Of a stretch of DNA of 64,000 bases, positions 1 through 7,301 are shown one piece after another. Every line of letters starts with the position of its first letter. Within the stretch, counting starts at the first letter, position 1. The notes below the pieces were generated by a model. That model was not told the DNA's origin and made no database searches. It saw only the letters and a program-made list of their open reading frames with translations. The translations under genes were made by a program, and so were the position numbers. Origin of the DNA: Candidatus Caccoplasma merdavium (GTDB taxonomy: Bacteria > Bacteroidota > Bacteroidia > Bacteroidales > UBA11471); NCBI GenBank assembly GCA_018715595.1, contig DVLI01000026.1, forward strand, positions 65,966 to 129,965, read 5' to 3'.

Positions 1-352
1 TTTCATCATGTTGGGATTAAATTTCGTCCTAAATGTAGGTGTTTAAAGTTATAATTCAAAATAAATTTGTCCGAAATCTTGTTCATATTGTCGTATTTTT
101 GTTCCTTTTATATCTATTTCACATCGATGTGGAAATTTTCTTTGGGGAAAGGCGGGAAACCCCGAAGGGCAATCAGCCAAAAAGCGTTTCGGCAAAAAGC
201 CAATATAGAAGGAGCAGGATGGCCAAGAAAATGGCAATGCCTGTTCCTATTTTTTTAGAAGTGGGTGTTTTCATTTTTCTGTCGTGGAGTGTTGGGTTTT
301 CTCCTATAACACTCCCGACAGATGGAATGTTTTTATCTTAGGCGTCGAGTTG

Positions 353-1105
353 CTACTTGTTCCAAATGTCCCAGCTGGCGTAGGCTTGCAAGAGGAGCAT
401 TTCGAGCCCGTTTTTGGTGGCGGCTCCGTGTGCAGCGCATTTTTCGAGGAAAAGAGTGGTCTCGGGGTTGTATACCAAGTCATAGGCCAAATGCCGAGAA
501 GTGAGAGCCTCATAAGGTATGTTGGGGCTGGCGTCGGTTTGGGGGTACATGCCCACCGGTGTCGCGTTTACGATGATTTGGTATTCCCCCATGAGTTGGG
601 GAGTCAGGTCGTCGTATGTGAGCACGCCTTCCCGGGCTGTGCGTGAAACCAGCTGCGGTTCGATGCCCAGGGAGAGAAGTCCGTACCACACGGCTTTCGA
701 GGCGCCGCCCGTACCCAATACCAATGCCTTATGGTGGTATTCCTTGATATAGGGGCGAATCGATTCGGTAAACCCGATGATGTCGGAGTTATATCCTTTG
801 AGTACCACTTTGTCTTTGTCGTGAATGACCTTTACCACGTTTACGGCACCGATCATCTGTGCGGTTCCGTCCATTTCGTCGAGAAGCGGAATGATACTTT
901 CTTTATAGGGTATGGTCACATTCAGCCCGCATAATTCGGGAGTCTCTTCGACAACCAGTCTCAAATCTTCGATGCGATCGAGTTCAAAGTTCCGGTATTC
1001 GGCCGGTATTTTCTCGTTTTCAAATTTCTCGTTGAAGAAATTGCGGGAAAAAGAATGCGCAAGGCGGTATCCCACAAGTCCGTACACATGATTGGCATTT
1101 TCCAT
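353..1105 (-). CDS. aroE: shikimate 5-dehydrogenase
   Basis: 250-aa ORF. It has the N-terminal YGLVGYRLAHSFS, the NVTIPYKE substrate loop and the LVLGTGGASKAV dinucleotide-binding glycine loop. The ATG (cat on the plus strand) is at 1103-1105. Confidence 0.9.
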   Translation of the reverse strand: MENANHVYGLVGYRLAHSFSRNFFNEKFENEKIPAEYRNFELDRIEDLRLVVEETPELCGLNVTIPYKESIIPLLDEMDGTAQMIGAVNVVKVIHDKDKVVLKGYNSDIIGFTESIRPYIKEYHHKALVLGTGGASKAVWYGLLSLGIEPQLVSRTAREGVLTYDDLTPQLMGEYQIIVNATPVGMYPQTDASPNIPYEALTSRHLAYDLVYNPETTLFLEKCAAHGAATKNGLEMLLLQAYASWDIWNK

Positions 1106-1107
1106 AA

Positions 1108-2088
1108 TTAACCTCTGTATTTAGCTGTTTTCAATATATTCAGTGCATTGTTTTCTCTCCACAAGGCCGGGAGGTCGCTGCGACTTTGACGCATATATTC
1201 CGAGACGATGCGCCACCCGACGTAGCGGCCGGCCTGTCCCGGCGATTCTTGGGTGAACGGCGCGGTGAACGGGGCGGGAGAGAGGTACTGTCCGATGAGA
1301 AAGCGGTCGGTCGCGTAGAGATTTTTTTCTTGTAAAAGTCGGTTCCACATGCGGCTCTCGTTTTCGCGACACCATTGCATCTCTTTGGGGGAGTATCCCA
1401 TCAACCGTTCGATGGGGGTGTCGGGAAGTATTTGTTGCAGACAATAGATGATTTTCCCTTCATAGACCAGTTCCTGCAATAAGGTTGAGGGGGAGTCCCC
1501 GACAAACGGGTGACGGGTGTAGAGAATGACCCGCACGACGTCGGGAACGATGTATTCCCGGCTTTTCCGGGGTAATTGGTAGGGGTTGAAAATCGCCCGA
1601 TAGGGGGCGAAATCGGCTCCCAGGTAGTGGTCGAGTGAAATCGACAGGAGGGTGTCGATGTTCACGATTTGCTGTTGCAATCCCGAGACATGCCCGTAAA
1701 GTTGTGTCGGGAGCATATCGTCGGGCAAGAGCCTTTTGTAGCGGGTGAAGGCTTGTGACAGTCCGGTTTCAATGTCACGGGTTTCGGCATAGCAGCTGTC
1801 AACGCTTTGGCCCAACATGCGCATGTCGGGCTGCGAGAGGCGTAGCGCGAGTTTTGTTTTTGCCGACGGGTCGTCGGGCGAAAGGGCTAAAATCTCCGAT
1901 AAATAGAGCGCGTGGAAGAGGTGATGCCGGTCGAGAAAATCGTGCTCGCTGGCCGTGTCGGTCGTTTGCAGGTAGGTTGCCAGTTCCCGGTCATATCGCG
2001 TGAGAAGGAGTGGGCGCGGGTCATGCTTCACTTGCCGGCAAGCGGTCAGCAAGGAGATAAACCCGAGAAAAATGGCCATGCGCTTCAT
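1108..2088 (-). CDS. GldB-like / DUF2268-like lipoprotein (function uncertain)
   Basis: The 342-aa track ORF is trimmed to MKRMAIFLGFISLLTAC (signal peptide plus lipobox Cys). Resemblance to Bacteroidota GldB-family lipoproteins is from memory only. Its stop lies 2 bp from the aroE start, so the two are probably co-transcribed. Confidence 0.5.
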   Translation of the reverse strand: MKRMAIFLGFISLLTACRQVKHDPRPLLLTRYDRELATYLQTTDTASEHDFLDRHHLFHALYLSEILALSPDDPSAKTKLALRLSQPDMRMLGQSVDSCYAETRDIETGLSQAFTRYKRLLPDDMLPTQLYGHVSGLQQQIVNIDTLLSISLDHYLGADFAPYRAIFNPYQLPRKSREYIVPDVVRVILYTRHPFVGDSPSTLLQELVYEGKIIYCLQQILPDTPIERLMGYSPKEMQWCRENESRMWNRLLQEKNLYATDRFLIGQYLSPAPFTAPFTQESPGQAGRYVGWRIVSEYMRQSRSDLPALWRENNALNILKTAKYRG

Positions 2089-2411
2089 AAGAAAACCTGC
2101 TCTTCCACAAAGATATATGCAACAAAGGTAATGCAACTATCGCCGAAATGCAAGAGTTTCCCGCTTCCTGCCCGAAAAAATATTTCTCTTTTCGGCAATT
2201 TATACCCTTGTTATTACTCGTGAAGCAGGAGAAGGCCCCCGGTTTTCCCTAAAATATCTCGGGAACATAGGGCGAGCATGACTTTTTTCCTCTTTGGTGA
2301 TTCTATATTTATAATAGAAAACGTGTCAGCTTCTCAAATTTTCGTATCTTTGTCGAGGCATAATGCCGGAAATTATGCTTTTCGATAAATCTTTGCTCAT
2401 TGAGACAACGC

Positions 2412-3455
2412 ATGAAGAATACTTGGTTTATCTGTGTCGTGACCTTGGTCGCAGCTCTCTTTTTCTCGTCGGTCGTCGAGGCAAAAGACAAGTTTGTCGT
2501 TGTTATCGATGCCGGTCATGGCGGGAATGACCCGGGAGCCGTGGCCAATCGCCTCAAAGAAAAAAACATCAATCTCGACATCGCCTTGAAACTCGGAAAG
2601 ATGATTCAACGCAACTGTTCCGATACCAAAGTGATATACACGCGCAGTAAAGATGTCTTTGTCACGTTGAAGGGCCGCACCGAAATAGGCAACAAGGCAA
2701 AGGCCGATCTTTTTATCTCGATACACACCAACTCCGCCAAAAACACCTCGGCACGCGGTACCGAGACCTATATCTACGGTCTGGAACAGGCCGATATAAA
2801 TATGGAGGTGGCCAAACGCGAAAACTCGGTGATTCTTCTTGAAGAGGATTATACGACCACTTACCAAGGATATGACCCCAACTCGGTCGAGTCGTTTATC
2901 ATGTTCGATTTTCAACAAAACAAATATTTCGAGCAGAGTATTCACTTCGCCTCGATGGTGCAAGACCAGTTCCGAATCCTGGCGAAACGTCCCGATCGCA
3001 GTGTGCGCCAACAAAACCTGCTGGTGTTGCGGCTGTCGTCGATGCCGAGCATCTTGGTCGAGGTAGGATACATCAGCAATGCTTCCGACGCCGCATATCT
3101 TTCCAAAGATGCCAATCGGGCCAAGTTGGCCGAGTCGATATACCGCGCTTTTGTCTCTTACAAGGACGAGTGGAACCGCAAGAATCTCTCTCGACATGTA
3201 GAGGTCGGCTCAACGACGCCGAGTTCGGGTACCACCTACAAAATACAGCTGATGGCTTCGAAAAAGAAGTTGTCGCTGCAAGACCCTTGTTTCAAGGGAT
3301 TATCGCCCGTTTCCTATTATGTGGAGAACGGGTGGTACAAATACACCTATGGAGAGGCGTCAACGAAGGAGGCACTGGCCGGGAAACTGTCCCAAGCCAA
3401 ACGCTATTTTAAAGACGCCTATATCGTGACGTTCAAAAACGGGAAGAAACAATAA
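2412..3455 (+). CDS. N-acetylmuramoyl-L-alanine amidase (Amidase_3) with C-terminal SPOR-like domain
   Basis: Signal peptide MKNTWFICVVTLVAALFFSSVVEA. Amidase_3 motifs VVVIDAGHGGNDPGAV and FISIHTNS are present. The last ~75 aa (YKIQLMASKKK...YIVTFKNGKK) look like a SPOR peptidoglycan-binding domain. I chose the ATG at 2412 over the TTG at 2400. Confidence 0.85.
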   Translation: MKNTWFICVVTLVAALFFSSVVEAKDKFVVVIDAGHGGNDPGAVANRLKEKNINLDIALKLGKMIQRNCSDTKVIYTRSKDVFVTLKGRTEIGNKAKADLFISIHTNSAKNTSARGTETYIYGLEQADINMEVAKRENSVILLEEDYTTTYQGYDPNSVESFIMFDFQQNKYFEQSIHFASMVQDQFRILAKRPDRSVRQQNLLVLRLSSMPSILVEVGYISNASDAAYLSKDANRAKLAESIYRAFVSYKDEWNRKNLSRHVEVGSTTPSSGTTYKIQLMASKKKLSLQDPCFKGLSPVSYYVENGWYKYTYGEASTKEALAGKLSQAKRYFKDAYIVTFKNGKKQ

Positions 3456-3484
3456 AGTAACACAGATACATCAATCATACTGAT

Positions 3485-4381
3485 ATGAAAAAATATTTCT
3501 CAAAAGAGGTGAAGATTGCCATCTCGGTTATCGTGAGCGCCGTTATACTTTACTTTGGTATCGAATTTCTGAAAGGCATCAATCTGATGCAGCCCTCGAA
3601 CTACTATTATATAAAGTATGACAACGTGGCAGGACTAACCGTGTCGACACCCGTAACGGTCGACGGTTTCAAAGTCGGGTTGGTGCGCAGTATCGACTAT
3701 GACTATGAAACCTATCAAGGGGCAGTCGTTGAAGTGATGCTCGATAAGAAGTTGCGTATTCCCGAAGGTAGTAAAGCCGTGCTGCAAGCCGACCTGTTGG
3801 GAACGGTCACGCTCACATTGCAATTGAACAAGTATGTATCGACCTATTGCTCGCCAGGAGATTATCTGGTAGGAGAGTCTGATGCCGGTCTTATGAATAA
3901 TGTCGAGGAAGAACTTTTGCCTTCGTTGGCAGCCTTATTGCCTAAAATCGACAGCTTGCTTGATGGATTGAACGGGGTTGTGCGTTCGCAGGAGTTGAAT
4001 AAGACCTTGACCAATGTCGCCCAGATTTCTGATGAGTTGCGTGTGGCATCGCATCATATTTCGACTTTACTGGCCGATACCGTCCCGGCGATTGTTTCCG
4101 ATGTAAAACGCATTACACACAACCTCGATGGCCTTACGGCCGAGCTCTCCCAGTCGAACATCAAGCAGACCATTGCACATATCGACGGGGTGGTCGCTTC
4201 GGTCGATACGCTCATGGCCAAGTTGCATCAGCCCGATAATACGGTCGGTGCGTTGCTCACCGACCGTGCGCTTTACGATGCGCTCAATCGTTCTGTGACC
4301 AGTGCCGATTCGCTTTTGATTGACTTGCGCCTCAACCCCAAACGCTATGTCCATTTCTCTCTCTTCGGAGGTAAGAAATAA
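3485..4381 (+). CDS. MlaD/MCE family protein
   Basis: An N-terminal TM helix (IAISVIVSAVILYFGIEFL) is followed by an MCE core (GLTVSTPVTVDGFKVGLVRSI) and a long helical C-terminal region. Confidence 0.8.
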   Translation: MKKYFSKEVKIAISVIVSAVILYFGIEFLKGINLMQPSNYYYIKYDNVAGLTVSTPVTVDGFKVGLVRSIDYDYETYQGAVVEVMLDKKLRIPEGSKAVLQADLLGTVTLTLQLNKYVSTYCSPGDYLVGESDAGLMNNVEEELLPSLAALLPKIDSLLDGLNGVVRSQELNKTLTNVAQISDELRVASHHISTLLADTVPAIVSDVKRITHNLDGLTAELSQSNIKQTIAHIDGVVASVDTLMAKLHQPDNTVGALLTDRALYDALNRSVTSADSLLIDLRLNPKRYVHFSLFGGKK

Positions 4382-4444
4382 TAGTTTTGTTATTTAGATT
4401 GATTATAAATAATAAATAAAGGTCCGATTTTTTTTTCGTATCTT

Positions 4445-4472
4445 AAAAACACCTTGATTTAAGGTGTTTTTT
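4445..4472 (+). terminator. intrinsic terminator after mlaD-family gene
   Basis: AAAAACACCTT-GATTT-AAGGTGTTTTTT: a perfect stem with a T run. Confidence 0.7.
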
Positions 4473-4711
4473 CGCATTTATGAAGAATGCTTGTAAAAGG
4501 GATAAAAATGCGGAAATAAAATTATATATCTGACAATCAGTGAAGTATCAAAATATTTTTTGCCTTCTTTTGAGAAAAAATGGCCGAAATATAATTGGCT
4601 AACCTACAATAGATTGAAATGTTTTTGAGATACGCAACAAAAAAACGATTTTATTTTTCAAAAAAGAAATTCAATCTTTGTATTCGACTTCTACGATAGA
4701 ATTAAGAAACC

Positions 4712-6109
4712 ATGAGTTTAGATTACGTCTCCTTGTGGGACCGCTGTCTGGCCATTATCAGAGACAATGTATCGGAAGGACATTACAGAACTTGGTTCGA
4801 GCCGATACATGCCGTGAAATACTCCGATAATGAGTTGACGGTGCAAGTCCCGACACAATTTTTTTATGAGTATCTTGAAGAACACTTTGCCGATATCCTT
4901 CAACATACTTTGCTGCGTGTATTCGGTCCCGGTATACAATTGATGTATAGCATATCGGTTGTAAAGGAGCCCGAAGAAACGACACAACTCCCGTTGCATG
5001 GTTCCCGTTCACAGAAGTCGCCCAAAGGTATTACCGAGCCTACTCAGATAGCCGACCCCTTCAAGCAACCCGATTACAAGGAACTCGACTCGCAGTTGAA
5101 TCCCTATTATAGTTTCGACAACTATTTTTCGGGTTCGAGCAACATGTTGGCACGCTCGGCCGGTGAGGCTGTCGCTCAAAATCCGGGCAAAACGGCATTC
5201 AATCCCCTTTTCCTCTATGGCGAATCGGGTGTGGGCAAGACCCACTTGGTGCAAGCCATCGGAGCCAAGGCCAAAGCCTTGAATCCCAAGGCCCGTGTGC
5301 TCTATCTCTCTTCGCATCTTTTCCAAGTGCAGTATACCAATGCCGTGCGCAACAATGCCGTGAATGATTTTATCAACTTCTACCAAAGCATCGACGTGCT
5401 GCTCATCGACGATATTCAGGACTTGGTGGGGAAGACCGCTACTCAGAATACCTTTTTCCACATCTTCAACCATCTGCACCAGACGGGGAAACAACTGGTG
5501 CTTACTTCCGACCGTCCCCCGGTATCGCTCGAAGGCATGGAAGAGCGCCTTCTGACCCGTTTCAAATGGGGGCTTTCGGCCGAGGTGGAGCGTCCCGACT
5601 ATGATTTGAGAAAGAATATCCTTCTCAACAAGTTGAAAAAAGACGGTATTGTCATCGCACCCGAGGTGGTCGATTATATCGCCCGCAATGTCTCCAATAG
5701 TGTGCGGGAGTTGGAGGGTATCGTCGTTTCGCTGATGGCGCGTTCGATTATCTTGAAAAAAGAAATCTCGGTCGAGATGGCCGAATGCGTGCTGGCGTCG
5801 AGTATCCAATTGAAGAAAAACCAGATTACCATCGAGTTGATACAACAGAAAGTGTGCGACTATTATAATATGGACGTGAAGCTTTTGCAGTCGAAGACCC
5901 GTAAACGCGAAATCGCCTTGGCGCGTCAAATCTCGATGTATTTGGCCAAGAAATATACCGAATACCCGCTTTCCCAAATCGGTAGCCGTCTTGGCGGCAA
6001 GGACCATGCCACGGTGCATTATGCGTGCAAAACGATTGCCCAGCAGGTCGAAATCGATAAGTCCCTGCGTCATCAGGTCGATGAAATCGAACAATCCCTG
6101 AAAGCATAG
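4712..6109 (+). CDS. dnaA: chromosomal replication initiator protein DnaA
   Basis: 465 aa. Features are the Walker A motif GESGVGKTHL, the AAA+ core (LLIDDIQ) and the C-terminal DNA-binding domain (REIALARQISMYLAKKYT...GGKDHATVHYACKTI). Confidence 0.97.
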   Translation: MSLDYVSLWDRCLAIIRDNVSEGHYRTWFEPIHAVKYSDNELTVQVPTQFFYEYLEEHFADILQHTLLRVFGPGIQLMYSISVVKEPEETTQLPLHGSRSQKSPKGITEPTQIADPFKQPDYKELDSQLNPYYSFDNYFSGSSNMLARSAGEAVAQNPGKTAFNPLFLYGESGVGKTHLVQAIGAKAKALNPKARVLYLSSHLFQVQYTNAVRNNAVNDFINFYQSIDVLLIDDIQDLVGKTATQNTFFHIFNHLHQTGKQLVLTSDRPPVSLEGMEERLLTRFKWGLSAEVERPDYDLRKNILLNKLKKDGIVIAPEVVDYIARNVSNSVRELEGIVVSLMARSIILKKEISVEMAECVLASSIQLKKNQITIELIQQKVCDYYNMDVKLLQSKTRKREIALARQISMYLAKKYTEYPLSQIGSRLGGKDHATVHYACKTIAQQVEIDKSLRHQVDEIEQSLKA

Positions 6110-6133
6110 CTATATAATATATAGTAGAAGACA

Positions 6134-6165
6134 AAGGGCGCTGAAAATTCAGCGCCCTTCATTTT
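6134..6165. terminator. bidirectional hairpin between convergent dnaA and nitroreductase genes
   Basis: AAGGGCGCTGAAAATTCAGCGCCCTT forms a GC-rich inverted repeat with A/T-rich flanks on both sides. Confidence 0.65.
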
Positions 6166-6186
6166 CTTCCCGAGAGAGGGTGGAAT

Positions 6187-6933
6187 TCAGAACTCAAATC
6201 CCTGTTCTTTGATGACTTTGAGGAACACGTCGGAGAAGTATTCGTTGTTTTGGCGGGTGTAACGCACATCGGTGAATACCTGAGCCAGTGTTTCTTTTTT
6301 GTTTTCGGCCACGAATCCCCGATTGGCGGGCAGTTCCTCTTTTTCTTTGTAGAGCCGGTCGATGTCATCGCGGGTGTAGTCGTGATAGCACTCTTGGTGG
6401 ATAATGGCCTCGATGGGTAGTCGTTCTACTTGGTCGGGAATCTCTTCGGGGTATCCTACCGTGATGGTGGTGATGGGTACCACGAAACGGGGCAGGTTGA
6501 GCGCTTTGATGATTTGGTCGGCATTATAAGTTGTCGTTCCGAGATAGCAGATGCCCAATCCCTTTGCCTCGGCAGCCGTGCAGAATTGTTGTGCGGCGAG
6601 CAGGGCGTCGATGGCAGCTGTGAAGAATGACTGGAAGTTGTCATATCCCGGGTCGGCCTTTCGGTATTCACACCATTTGATGAAGCGGTTGAAGTCGGCA
6701 CAGAACGTCAGTACGACCGGTGCGCTGGTTATTGTCGGTTGGTTGAAGTGGGCGGGGGCCAACTTTTTCTTGTTCTCGGCATCGCGGGTGACCACAACGC
6801 TATACACTTGCATGTTGCCGGTGGTTGATACCCGGAATGCTGCTTCCAAAAGTTCGTTCAGTAAATCGTCGGGAATATCTGTTGTTTGGTAACGACGAAT
6901 GGTGCGGCGGTTTTTGAGAAAATCTAAATCCAT
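6187..6933 (-). CDS. nitroreductase-family NAD(P)H-dependent oxidoreductase
   Basis: The track ORF is trimmed to MDLDFLKNRRTIRRYQ. The RRTIRRY FMN-site motif and overall length are typical of the nitroreductase fold. A TAACTTTG box lies 21 bp upstream of this ATG. Confidence 0.8.
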   Translation of the reverse strand: MDLDFLKNRRTIRRYQTTDIPDDLLNELLEAAFRVSTTGNMQVYSVVVTRDAENKKKLAPAHFNQPTITSAPVVLTFCADFNRFIKWCEYRKADPGYDNFQSFFTAAIDALLAAQQFCTAAEAKGLGICYLGTTTYNADQIIKALNLPRFVVPITTITVGYPEEIPDQVERLPIEAIIHQECYHDYTRDDIDRLYKEKEELPANRGFVAENKKETLAQVFTDVRYTRQNNEYFSDVFLKVIKEQGFEF

Positions 6934-6953
6934 AGTGTTATAATATGTTTCTA

Positions 6954-6961
6954 CAAAGTTA
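6954..6961 (-). promoter_or_regulatory. Bacteroidota -7 promoter box TAACTTTG (nitroreductase gene)
   Basis: The reverse complement of caaagtta matches the TAnnTTTG consensus and sits 21 bp upstream of the ATG at 6933. Confidence 0.45.
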
Positions 6962-7301
6962 CAAATAAAAAGTGGCAAATGGAAAAATGTAACAAACATA
7001 TTTGCCGGTAATTCTTGCCTTTAAAAATTTGCTTTGTGAAAAAGCTGCTATTTCTGCGGTTTTATAAAAAAGAAAACTTCTTTTCTCGTGGCGATTATTT
7101 AAATATTTGATAATCAGGTTTGTGTTGTATTTATAGATGTTAAAATTGAAAACCTTGCGAAATTGTTGATAAATAAATGTGGGAAATATTTGTGCACTCA
7201 AAAGTTTTTCATAAACTTGCAAACACAAAATCCTATCATGAAGTCGTAACCTTTATACCATTGAAAAAACACCATTAGCAAACATTTTAAACCAATTTAT
7301 T

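Noticed and set aside
39-341. 100-aa plus-strand ORF, with overlapping 62-63-aa ORFs, at the left edge
   Set aside because: It has no promoter box or recognisable domain, and it overlaps a more plausible small minus-strand TM ORF and the aroE 3-prime hairpin. A minus-strand ATGATGAAA at 2-10 may be the start of a gene leaving the window, but three codons cannot be annotated.
6962-7301. Cobalamin riboswitch upstream of the B12-dependent nrdJ
   Set aside because: The region is AT-rich with none of the GC-rich conserved core (B12 box) a cobalamin riboswitch needs. From established knowledge, B12 riboswitches normally repress B12-independent isozymes or transporters, not nrdJ.
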